Shown here one piece after another: positions 12,960 to 22,957 of a stretch of DNA of 64,000 nt (within the stretch, counting starts at the first letter, position 1; each line of letters starts with the position of its first letter). The position numbers and the translations under genes were made by a program. The stretch covers positions 248,001 through 312,000 of the forward strand of contig CP060764.1 of assembly GCA_023205875.1 (NCBI GenBank), written 5' to 3'. Below the pieces are notes generated by a model. The model ran no database searches and had not been told where the DNA came from. It worked only from the letters and a program-made list of their open reading frames with translations. Source of the DNA: Chloropicon primus (lineage: Eukaryota).

Positions 12960-13357
12960 CCGCTGATCCGTCGTCGTCCAAATGCACTTTCCGGTGAATG
13001 CGTCTATCCATCTCAGACATGCGACCCACCAATCGAAAGAGAAAGAGATGAACTTTTGCTGCGACGCTTGTCCTTCCCCTCTCGCCGCTTTCCTCGACCT
13101 CTGCGTCTCCTCGAACACACCTTCGATGAGGCAAAATCTGACACGAAAAACGTTCTTCTCGTCGCCAAATCTTCGTCAATGAAGCAAAACTTTCGTTCAA
13201 GGAGTCAATCGAAAGCTCGTGAGACGTATCATCGTTCTGTATTCCCTTTCTTCCCCTTTCCTCTCTCCCTCGACCTCTCCTCTCCCCTCCAAGCGTCACT
13301 CCAAGATCCAGTTCCTGCACAGGTGGTGGTGGGTGAGTGTGAGGCTGAGAAACCAAG

Positions 13358-14522
13358 ATGCTCAGGCGCGCGCTGTGCAAGCTGCGCTGCGTGACGAGAC
13401 CGAGGACGACGCTTGGTAACGCCAGCGCCTGCGTTACGAGGAGGCAGATCGTCACCCTCGCCGCCCAACGGACCAACACCAACGGTGAGAGACGGAGACA
13501 GACGAGAGAGAAGCGATGCGATGCGATGCGATGCAATGCGATGCGATGCGAGAGAGGCTCGTGATGACACGCACAGAGGGAGAGAGGGAGAGAGAGAGAG
13601 AGGGAGCGGAAGGTCTTGTTGTGATCTTTCGTTTGACCTACCACTCGAGTGTCGAGCGTTGAAGTGCGGAGGAGAACGTGACATCCTCCTGGCATCCGGG
13701 GACTGACTTGAATGTGTTTTGCTTCTGCTGTCGATGGTGTGGTGGTTCCACTGGAGGCGTCCTGAGGGTGGGCATGTCCGCAAAGGCGGTCGGAAGTGTA
13801 TATGCTCGAGAGTACGCAGCGTCGGCGGCGGCGGCGGTGCCTGGGAAATATGACTGGAAGAGCGTGAAAGGGTTTCTCTTCGACATCGATGGGACCTTGG
13901 TGGACACTGACCCGCTTCACCTGGTGGCGTTCCGGGACTGTTTGAAGAAGGCAGGGGTCACGATCGAGGTGGACCACGAGTTCTTCAAGGAAAACATCAG
14001 CGGCCGGAGCAACCCGGACATTGCGAGGGACCTCCTCCCTGAACTGACCCAGGAGGAGAAGGAGAAGTGGATCGTGGACAAGGAGGAGTACTTTTGCGAC
14101 TTGGCTCGGTCTCAGATCGAGCCCGTGAAGGGCCTGAGGGAGCTGATGGCCTGGATCAAGAGCAACGGCGTGAAGTGCGCCGCTGTGACGAACGCGCCGA
14201 GGCCGAACGCGGAGATGCTTCTCGGCGGCATAGGAATGAGGGACGAGTTTGATCTGCTCGTGATAGCGAACGAGGAGGCCGCGAACAAGCCGCACCCGGA
14301 ACCATACCTTGCGGCCATGAGGAGGCTCGGCTGAGCGCGGAGGAGTGCTGCGCGTTGGAGGACTCCGTGCCGGGGGCCACCGCCGCGATCGCCGCCGGGG
14401 TCCACACCATCGGCGTGCTGACCTCCCAAACCGACGCCGCGATGAAGGAAGCAGGCGTCGGGCAGACCATCGGGGACTACCACGAGCTGCTGGACGAGAT
14501 CGAGTCAGCAAGGCAGGAGTAA
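13358..14522 (+). CDS. HAD-superfamily IA sugar phosphatase (SGPP-like), frameshifted in this sequence
   Basis: FDIDGTLVDT, VTNAPR, KPHPEPY, then EDS after a 1-nt shift near 14331; stop TAA 14520..14522; probable transit-peptide exon 13358..13484 spliced to 13820 (less certain). Confidence 0.85.
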
Positions 14523-14682
14523 GTGTTGCATTCTTTTCATTCTTTTGAGGGCCAGCGGAGCGCGAGGCGTGTATGTTTAGGGCATAGGGATGGCGACGAC
14601 GGCCACAGTGGTGGTGAGAAAGCGAGGTAAATAAGTTCACTATCATTGTTGTTCACGCTTCCAACGCACGAGGTCAAAACTC

Positions 14683-15507
14683 TTAAAGGGTAGACTGGAA
14701 GACCTTTCTGAAAGACCGCTTGTAGTCCCTATAGTCAATGTTGCGCCACTGGGGCCTATCCCAGGCCAGGTCGTCCGCTCTGTAGCCGGGGAGGTCGTTC
14801 TCCACCACCTTGAGGAAGGCCTCGTACAGAAGCTTGTTTCCCTTGGAGGACAGGTGAAGCCCGTCCCAAAACAGCGAAGCCAGCTCATCCTTTCCGAGTC
14901 TTTCGTGCATTCCTTCCCAGGCGTTGACGAGCGGCACACCTTTCTCCCTCGCGACCTGTGCACAGGTCTCCGCGTACCTCCTCACCCCCTCCAGCGTCCT
15001 GTTGCTCTCCTTCTCGATGCAGAAAGCCGCCCAGGCATTGGCATCCATTGGAGGAGGAGTCACCAGCACGACATGAGGCGGGTTCGGCTTGTGGGATCTG
15101 AAATAATCCACGATAACGCCCAAGTTCTCCTTGTACTCGTGGAGTGGAACATGCTGCTCATGACCCGTCGAGCCTGCCAATGCCGCATCGTTCGCACCAA
15201 AAAAGATGGCAACTACGTCCCTCGCGCTCCCCCTCTCGATCTCGTGCTTGGTCCTCAACTCGTTCGACACCTGAGGCATGAGCTCCTTGGCCCACTTTGT
15301 GTTATACCCACTGTACCCGCGGTTTACGACGTCCACCTTGCGCTGGTACTTGTCACTGAGTTGCGCGACCCAACCGCAGTGCACGGTGCTGAACCCTTGT
15401 TGCGTAATGGAGTCTCCGAAGAGAACGAACCTCGGTCTTCGATACATGATGGACTCGTCGTCAAAGTCTTCGTCAAAGTGTTCGTCGGGAGTCCACCTCG
15501 CCGCCAT
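14683..15507 (-). CDS. SGNH/GDSL esterase, IAH1-like
   Basis: FGDSIT, NRGYSGYNT, FGANDA and DGLH blocks. Confidence 0.92.
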   Translation of the reverse strand: MAARWTPDEHFDEDFDDESIMYRRPRFVLFGDSITQQGFSTVHCGWVAQLSDKYQRKVDVVNRGYSGYNTKWAKELMPQVSNELRTKHEIERGSARDVVAIFFGANDAALAGSTGHEQHVPLHEYKENLGVIVDYFRSHKPNPPHVVLVTPPPMDANAWAAFCIEKESNRTLEGVRRYAETCAQVAREKGVPLVNAWEGMHERLGKDELASLFWDGLHLSSKGNKLLYEAFLKVVENDLPGYRADDLAWDRPQWRNIDYRDYKRSFRKVFQSTL

Positions 15508-15675
15508 ATTATCCTCCGGTTCAAAAAAAAAAACGTTCCTCCCCTCCCTTCTCCTTCTAGATTGTGTGGATGAAAAACGCCCAAGATCTTGCTTCTCTCC
15601 AGATCAGCAAAACTTAAGGAAAGCCGAGGAGAGAGACAGAGAGAGAGAGACAGAGAGAGAGGGAGAGGAGAGAGG

Positions 15676-16153
15676 AGAGAGGCTCTTCCGCTCGAGGGCG
15701 TTTCGGAACCCAGGAGGAGGAGGGAGGGATCGTCATTGTCGATCTGGACTGGATTAGGCGTTTGGGGGGGGCCTTGACTGCATTGGCCTTGCCCCTTCTG
15801 TTGCGGAGCCACATCAGCGATCAGCATAGCTGAGAGAGAGGCTCTTCCGCTCGAGGGCGTTTCGGAACCCAGGAGGAGGAGGGAGGGATCGTCATTGTCG
15901 ATCTGGACTGGATTAGGCGTTTGGGGGGGGCCTTGACTGCATTGGCCTTGCCCCTTCTGTTGCGGAGCCACATCAGCGATCAGCATAGCTGAGAGAGAGG
16001 CTCTTCCGCTCGAGGGCGTTTCGGAACCCAGGAGGAGGAGGGAGGGATCGTCATTGTCGATCTGGACTGGATTAGGCGTTTTGGGGGGGCCTTGACTGCA
16101 TTGGCCAAGCACGCTGCATTGGCCTTGCCCCTTCTATTTGGAGCCACATCAGC
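15676..16153. repeat. 159-bp tandem repeat, about 3 copies
   Basis: GGCTCTTCCGCTCGAGGGCG recurs at 15681, 15840 and 15999; third copy degenerates after ~16106. Confidence 0.95.
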
Positions 16154-17075
16154 AACAATAACAAAGAAACGCTTGTGGCAGAGGTCTAAGAGAGGACGAG
16201 GTCTAAGAGGGCACGCGGAATCATCTGGAAAGGGGAAGGGCAAGCTTGAACCTGGACTGCTTTCACCGATTATCATTGGCAGTGTCCCTTTGGCCCAGTA
16301 TTTTCTTCGACTGAGTATGCTCGCTCGCTCGCTCGCCTCGTCGCGGTTCGCGTTCTACTCCGCATGCATTACATGCTCCCACGCACAAAAATAGAAAAGG
16401 AAAAGGAAAAGGAAGGCCAATGCGAAGAACCCCCCATTGGCTGGCAGCTGCCCACCCACCCACCACCACCACCACCATCGTTGTCGTCGTCACCCTTGGA
16501 TGATGTTCTTGTCGTCCAACAAAGGAGAGCCCCCCACACAAGAATCGAAAGCCCTCGAGCTTACCTTTCGCTGGACACCCCCCTCCTTCCCATCAGCGAC
16601 ATATGCCTCGCGCGATGTCTTCCCAAAGTTCGGCCTCTCCCCTCGATCCTCATCCCCATCGCCCGCCATTGCCATTTTCTCCAGGAAAGGAAACCCAAAG
16701 CGAGCGAGCGAGGTGAGGGAAGCCCAAGGGAAAGACGGAACGAGAAGCGCGAGGACGTGCGGATGAGGCCGACGGGGAGGAGATAGATCGAAAGCGCACC
16801 TATTGGGCTTTCCATTGAACCCGACCTTGCCGGAGGACGAGGCCGATCGAAGGGACACGACCCGAGCAAGCGTCCGTGACTCGAGCTCGAGGAGGGAAGG
16901 GCAAGGCGTCGCCGTCGCGACGGTGGTTGACGGCGAGAGAGGGAGGGTGTGTGTGTGCGTGTGTCTCGCGCGAAGGGCGTGATACCGTGCCGCGCCCTTG
17001 AGTTTCTTCGCGGACGGGCGAAAGGGAGAAAGGAGGAGGGAGGGCCAAGCGGGTTCAAGGGTTTAGTCGAGAATA

Positions 17076-17417
17076 ATGCAGTTCTGTCCCAACTGCTCGA
17101 ACATCCTCCACCCGAAGGAGGATCGAGACGAGAAGCTTCTCAAGTACCACTGCAGGAATTGTCCCCATGTGGAGCTCGCGCAGACGGGCCTCATATACAG
17201 GCACGAGGTGCAGCATTCCCTGAGTGAGAAGACGGCAGTGATCTCGGACGTGACGTCGGACCCCACGCTGCCGAGGACCAAGGACGTGGAGTGCCCCTTC
17301 TGCAAGAATGGCGAGGCGGTCTTCTTCCAGTCCACCTCGCGGGACGACGCGGAGGCGATGACCTTGTACTTCGTTTGCACAAAGTGTGGGAAAAGATTCA
17401 GGGAGGACACCGCTTAA
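17076..17417 (+). CDS. RPB9: RNA polymerase II subunit RPB9
   Basis: FCPNCSNILHP...CRNC and DPTLPRT...CPFC...AVFFQ...MTLYFVCTKC zinc ribbons. Confidence 0.96.
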   Translation: MQFCPNCSNILHPKEDRDEKLLKYHCRNCPHVELAQTGLIYRHEVQHSLSEKTAVISDVTSDPTLPRTKDVECPFCKNGEAVFFQSTSRDDAEAMTLYFVCTKCGKRFREDTA

Positions 17418-18885
17418 CACACAGAGAGGGAGAGAGAGGGGTTGGGGGGCTGGCCGGGGTAGTAGCGCCAAGTGTAAACGAGGAACCAAACATTATTGCA
17501 ATAAAAGTAAACAAACCAAGCCATTGTTGAAGTGACAGAGATGATTGCTCTTTGCGTGCTCGCGAGGTCCACCCGAAACAACACCTTGGACCCTGCGCTT
17601 GGCAGCAAAGGGCCAGAGAGGTGGGCAGGTATCAAGTCACGCAGAGCCGGGGACGCAGGCAAACACACGCACACACGCACACACGCTGGAAGCTTGCCTT
17701 GATGCCAATGGATGAGCTGAGTGTATATGGCGGACTCGACTCTATATATTGTCGGTTGATCCTGGCGATGGACAAACACACAAACTCTCGAATTGGGGAG
17801 TAATTAATCCCAAAAGGGAAGACTTCCCTTCCCTTCTTCCCTTCTTCCCTTCTTCCCTCTGGACCCTAGGACTCTCCCTCGCTCCATTGGCGCAAAGAGA
17901 GAGAGAAGAAAAAGAGAAAGAAGACAGAGAGACAAAGAGAGAGACAGAGAGAGTAGTCTTTGCCATGGTATTACCCTTTCTTGATCACACAAGTCTATCT
18001 GTTGTGGCGAGGGGGAACTTTCCTTATCAACAGCAAGAGAAAAGGTAAAGGGGTGATGCAATTTTGCACCCAGTTCCACTACCGCAGGGCCCCAAAAGAC
18101 ACAAGTCTACTAATCTCTGTGTCGGAGGTCTACTCTAATCCAATACTATACCCTACTCTCTCGTCTCTCACTCTCTCCTCTCTCCTTGATGAGGAGGATG
18201 AGGCCTTCCCTTCTCCAGGTTTGCCTAAAGTAAATTGACTAAACGATGGAACCATTAATTAAGTAAAAGAAAGACACACAAAGGGGCAAGCGAGAGAGAG
18301 AGAGAGAGAGAGAGGTACACAATTGTCTTTGTCCCGAGAGGTACCGAGAGGCACTGGGAGGCAACAGGGTGCACCGGGACAACGAGCTCTTTCTTGAGGT
18401 TGACAAGGGAGGACCCCTATAACCTTTGAACACCACCGAGTGAAACCTCGTGGTCGTTGTCTTTGACTCCACCAATTCAACTTGGAACTCCCATTCCTAT
18501 TGGTCACCACAGCAGCTGGAGTGGAGACTGACTGACGAGTGAGGAGGGTAGGGAAGAGGCAGACCAGAGAGAGAGACAGGGGGGAGGGAGGGGATGAACC
18601 AGATGGGAACGAGCTCGTGTTTTGTTTTGTTTAGCCAGGAGGTGGTGAGGATAGTGGTGTGAGAGCCTTGCGGTACGACACGATACAGCCCCTGCCTGTG
18701 AATCCTTTGACACACACACACACACACACACGCACACCAACTTGGAGACGCTTGAGAAGACATTGAGAGAGAGGGTTTTTCTGGAAGGAAAGGTGGAAGC
18801 TTTGGCGTACATGCAGACCTTAGCAGCATAAGAAGGAACCGCTTTGCCGCTTTGGAAGCATTTACATTGAGAGCAAGCGAGGACT

Positions 18886-21800
18886 ATGACGAATTGGCGT
18901 GTTCACCCTTCAGACCATGAGATGGAGGACTTCCAGCAGGAAGCAGCGCAGCCGAGGGACCGCATCGGGAGTATCTCCGCTCCCTTCACGATGGCGCAGG
19001 CCCTGCGGCAAAGAACCGAGGGGTTCGAAAACAAATGGAGCATGATGCTTTCTAGGGAGGAGCTCGTGTTCTGGGAGGGAGTCTTCAGACGGAAGCTCGC
19101 AAAGGCTTTGGAGCAGTCGAAATTTGGCCAGGCCTTGGACCTGATCTCAGTGTCTGTCAGTCTATACTCGGTAGTCATCTACGTTATGCAGACGTACGAG
19201 AACGGGCGGAGGCCCTACTGGTACAGGGTCTCGGAACTCTCGTACTCCTTTTTCTTTGTGCTCGAGTTCTTTGTCCGGTGGTACGCCGCGAACCTCAGCG
19301 TGAGGTTCTTCTTGGACTGGAGCTCCATCATTGACTTGCTGACGGCAATCCCTTTCCTGCTGGAGGGGGCCACAAAGTACTACCTTAACCTGTCCTTCTT
19401 CAGGCTTGCGAGAATCCTGAAGAGCTTGAGGATCATGCGCCTGTACAAAGTCGTGCAGCACACGGACTCGGAGGTCCAGCGCCAGCTGTTCACCATCATC
19501 TTCATGGTGGTCTCCTCCGTGTTCACGATTTCTGGACTCCTTCACCTCGTGGAGAGCGAGTGGAGGATGGATATTGACGAGACCTATGACGAGAACGCCA
19601 CCCCAAAGCAGTTCCACGATGCTCTGTACTTGACCGTCGTGACCATGTCCACCATTGGGTACGGCGACTTCCACCCCACCACGCTGTGGGGAAAAGTCGT
19701 TGTCATGTTCGGTATCTTCTTCACCATCGTAATGATCCCCCAGCAGATGAACAGGCTGGTCGGTTTGCTGTCCCTCAAGTCCATCTACGCGAGGTCTTCC
19801 TACAGCTCGAGCGATGCCCACCCCCACGTGGTGGTCTGCGGGTCGGTGACCTACAGGGGTATTGTTGACTTTCTGAAAGAGTTCTTGCACGAGGACCACG
19901 GTAACGCGGACATGAAGGTGGTCATCCTGAGCCCAGAACACCCGAGCGACGAGATGCTTGGCATCCTGAGGAGCACCAAGTACAAGGCCAACTTGATTTA
20001 CATCGAGGGGAGCTGCCTGCAGAACAAGGACCTCAAGAGGTGCGACCTCTCAAAGTCGAAAGCGTGCTTCGTGCTGTCCAACCAGTACTGCGCTGACCCT
20101 GACGAGGAAGACTCTTCGAACATCATTCGCGCGCTTGCCGTCAAGAGGTTTGCCAGAGCTACGCAAGGGGATATGCAAGTCATCCTGCAAATCATCCGAC
20201 CAGAGAACAAGCTTCACTTCATCGCCAGTATGCAGCAGAGTGAGATCGACCAAATTGTATGTATAAACGAGATCAAGATGAGTATGCTTGGTCAGAACTG
20301 CCTTTGCCCCGGGTTCTCCACGCTCATCGGCAACCTGATTCAGTCCAGTGACAGCGTCCCCCCAGAGGACGCGTCGAGCGAGCCCTGGCAGTTTGAGTAT
20401 TGCCACGGCTGCGGTTACGAGTTTTATAGGACTCCGCTCTCCACTTCGTTTGAGGGGCGCACCTTCACGGAGATCGTGGACATCATCTACACCAAGTTCG
20501 AGTGCGTCACCTTTGCAGTTGAAGTCTTGGACCGCGAAGGGAAAAGGAAGATTGCTGTAGCGCCCCTTGACCTCATTGTGGGAAGCAAGGCAAAGGCCTA
20601 CGTGATCGCGCCGGACTCGGAGGTGGCGGCCATGATTTCGACGTACTACGACAAGGACGCTCACTCGAGGAAGAAGGAGAAGGAGCCCACGGGAGACCAC
20701 GCGGACGACTACGCGAAGCACATGGAGAAGATGAGAAAGCTGCGCAGGGCCAGCGTCATGAGCGGGGCCTCGATGCACCAGATGATCACCAAGAAGGACG
20801 GGGATAAGAGAAGGGGATCGAACCTGTGGAGGAAGGTTCAAGTATTTTTGAAAGCAAACACTGCGGACGAGGCCGGTCTCGCGGAAGTGGGCCAGGGGGC
20901 TCACGATGACGAGAGCGCTGAGGGAGAAGGCAGGGACAGTGCAGCAGTTAGAATGAAGCAGTTCAGATTGAAGAGCAACTTGAAGAAGGGGAACGTGAAG
21001 AACAAGCTTTTTGAGGCCCTGAAAGTGACGAAGAGTTACCACATGCAAGCGTCGCGGACGGTCAAGGAGGCTACGATCAAGGACGCCTCGTCTCTGGTTA
21101 ACCACATTGTCGTCTGCGGTCCCAGGAACAGCACCCCCAGTGGGCTGTTCCACTTGCTCGCTCCACTTCGGAGGATCCACCTGAGCAAGATCAAGCCCAT
21201 CGTGCTGATGATGCCGGTGCCGCCCGAGAAGAAGGCGTGGGAGAAGGTGTCCCACCTCAAGGAAGTCTACTACCTGGAGGGCTCGCCCCACCAGTACAGC
21301 GACCTGATGAAGGCCAACGTTGGAAGCGCGGCGGTCACGGTGATCTTGACAGCGACTTACAACCTCTCGAAGAACGAGGGTGACTTGGTGAGCTTGATCG
21401 ACGCGGACTCGATTTTCAGCTACCAGCACATCAAGAGAATATCGGATGACAACGTCCTGGCCGTGGAACTGGTGTCCGCTCCGAACATGGCCTTCCTGGA
21501 GCCTAAGCTCGAGTGGACGAGCAGCGAGTTTTACATGTCCCCGTGCTTTGCGTCCGGAACGGCGTACACCGCCAGCCTCCTTGACACGCTGGTGTGCCAG
21601 ACGTACTACAACAGGGACCTGTTGACGATCATCAGGGTCTTGGTCTGCGGCGGAGGGGCCCTGGATGAGATCACCACGAGCGACAACAAGAAGAGGAAGC
21701 AGGGCTTCATCTCTCAGATTCGGGCTCCGGAGGAGACTTGGGGCTTCAGGTACATTGACTTCTTCAAGTTCTTGCTGTACAACCACCAGATGATCTGCTT

Positions 21801-22302
21801 GGGCCTCTACAGGGCACCCCTCGCGAGCAGCAACATCACTTCTTACGTGTACACCAACCCAACCGCAGACTCTGAGATCGGGCCGGGAGACCGGGCCTTT
21901 GTCATCTGCAGCAGGGAGCCCGACGAGACCCTCAGGGGGTCGAACACTATGAACCACTCCGTCACCAAGAAGAGGACGAACGTCACGACCTACGCCCCTA
22001 ACGAGGGACCTCCCGGGGCGAGGAGCTCCATTTTTGGCAGCCTGAAGAACGAGTTGAACACGGTGACGGAGGAGGAAGAGGAGTTGGCGGCGGACCTTGA
22101 CGCACCAGGCTTCTCGGCGGGCAAGAAGCGAGGCTCCGTGGCGCAGCTGAGGGACGAGTTCAACTCCCTCAAGGAGGACATCGCCCTCCTGAGGAGCGAG
22201 ATTAAGAACATTGTAAAGCCGCCCGCGGCCTCGGCCGCCCCGCCTCCCCGAGCGCCAGAGAAGAAGCCTGCAGAGGCAGGCGAGGAGGAAGACCAGGAGT
22301 AA
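18886..22302 (+). CDS. Slo/BK-family large-conductance K+ channel (6TM + two RCK domains)
   Basis: 1138 aa ORF; charged S4 (RLARILKSLRIMRLYK), pore TMSTIGYGD, two HxVVCG RCK starts, CINEIKMSMLGQNCLCPGFSTL, YVYTNP. Confidence 0.93.
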   Translation: MTNWRVHPSDHEMEDFQQEAAQPRDRIGSISAPFTMAQALRQRTEGFENKWSMMLSREELVFWEGVFRRKLAKALEQSKFGQALDLISVSVSLYSVVIYVMQTYENGRRPYWYRVSELSYSFFFVLEFFVRWYAANLSVRFFLDWSSIIDLLTAIPFLLEGATKYYLNLSFFRLARILKSLRIMRLYKVVQHTDSEVQRQLFTIIFMVVSSVFTISGLLHLVESEWRMDIDETYDENATPKQFHDALYLTVVTMSTIGYGDFHPTTLWGKVVVMFGIFFTIVMIPQQMNRLVGLLSLKSIYARSSYSSSDAHPHVVVCGSVTYRGIVDFLKEFLHEDHGNADMKVVILSPEHPSDEMLGILRSTKYKANLIYIEGSCLQNKDLKRCDLSKSKACFVLSNQYCADPDEEDSSNIIRALAVKRFARATQGDMQVILQIIRPENKLHFIASMQQSEIDQIVCINEIKMSMLGQNCLCPGFSTLIGNLIQSSDSVPPEDASSEPWQFEYCHGCGYEFYRTPLSTSFEGRTFTEIVDIIYTKFECVTFAVEVLDREGKRKIAVAPLDLIVGSKAKAYVIAPDSEVAAMISTYYDKDAHSRKKEKEPTGDHADDYAKHMEKMRKLRRASVMSGASMHQMITKKDGDKRRGSNLWRKVQVFLKANTADEAGLAEVGQGAHDDESAEGEGRDSAAVRMKQFRLKSNLKKGNVKNKLFEALKVTKSYHMQASRTVKEATIKDASSLVNHIVVCGPRNSTPSGLFHLLAPLRRIHLSKIKPIVLMMPVPPEKKAWEKVSHLKEVYYLEGSPHQYSDLMKANVGSAAVTVILTATYNLSKNEGDLVSLIDADSIFSYQHIKRISDDNVLAVELVSAPNMAFLEPKLEWTSSEFYMSPCFASGTAYTASLLDTLVCQTYYNRDLLTIIRVLVCGGGALDEITTSDNKKRKQGFISQIRAPEETWGFRYIDFFKFLLYNHQMICLGLYRAPLASSNITSYVYTNPTADSEIGPGDRAFVICSREPDETLRGSNTMNHSVTKKRTNVTTYAPNEGPPGARSSIFGSLKNELNTVTEEEEELAADLDAPGFSAGKKRGSVAQLRDEFNSLKEDIALLRSEIKNIVKPPAASAAPPPRAPEKKPAEAGEEEDQE

Positions 22303-22529
22303 AGTAACCCAACCCCGTTTTATAATCCACCTCAACAAAAGCAAAAAACAAACACAAACACACACCTCGCGAGTCTGTAATCTATAAAGAATCCACCTTT
22401 GCATTGCTCCTTGGAAGCGTTCCTCCTCCTCCTTGGACCCAATCCAAAGGCAAAAGCTTGCAGGTTTTTTGCAATCCAAAAAAACTCCTTTTCCCGCCAT
22501 TAAAAAAATTCTCAAACCGACGGACGAGG

Positions 22530-22865
22530 ATGGAGACGACGACGACGACGACGACGATGGAGTCGAAGAGGGTCGTGGGAGGGCAGGACAAGGAGAACGC
22601 CAACCCACAGCCTTCGTGCCTCGACCCGCGGATCGTGGGACCCTCGCGACGGCCGGTGCTTCGCCAGAGGACGCCTCCTCCACAAGCGAAGCAGCATCAG
22701 CGTGGTGGAGAGGGTGAGCAAGAACGCTCGCCGTTGACTGACATAACGCCTCCGAGGGAGAAAGAGAGCAAGGGGCAGGACGCAGAGTCCTTCTCGTTTC
22801 CGAAGCTCACGGGGAGCTCGTTCTCGACTTCCAGGGGGATAGTGAAGGCGAGCCAGCTGAGGTGA
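22530..22865 (+). CDS. Small disordered protein with KEN-box, D-box-like motifs and a C-terminal LR
   Basis: 111 aa from ATG 22530: DKENANP, RPVLRQ, RSPLTDIT, ends KASQLR. Confidence 0.55.
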   Translation: METTTTTTTMESKRVVGGQDKENANPQPSCLDPRIVGPSRRPVLRQRTPPPQAKQHQRGGEGEQERSPLTDITPPREKESKGQDAESFSFPKLTGSSFSTSRGIVKASQLR

Positions 22866-22957
22866 TGAGGATGGTGAGGAGGAGGAGGAGGATTGATCAA
22901 GAAGGACGAGGGGTCCCTCTGAGGTCGTAAAGTAGACGGATTCTAATAAATTCAATA

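Noticed and set aside
14332..14334. Selenocysteine TGA in the HAD gene
   Set aside because: Homology continues only in a shifted frame
17420..18880. Short ORFs upstream of the Slo channel
   Set aside because: Microsatellite-driven low-complexity frames; more likely UTR, intron or promoter
20050..22683. 877-aa antisense ORF (likewise 39367..41823, 51543..53333, 33356..34834, 23099..24475)
   Set aside because: Shadow frames of GC3-rich real genes on the opposite strand; no recognisable motifs
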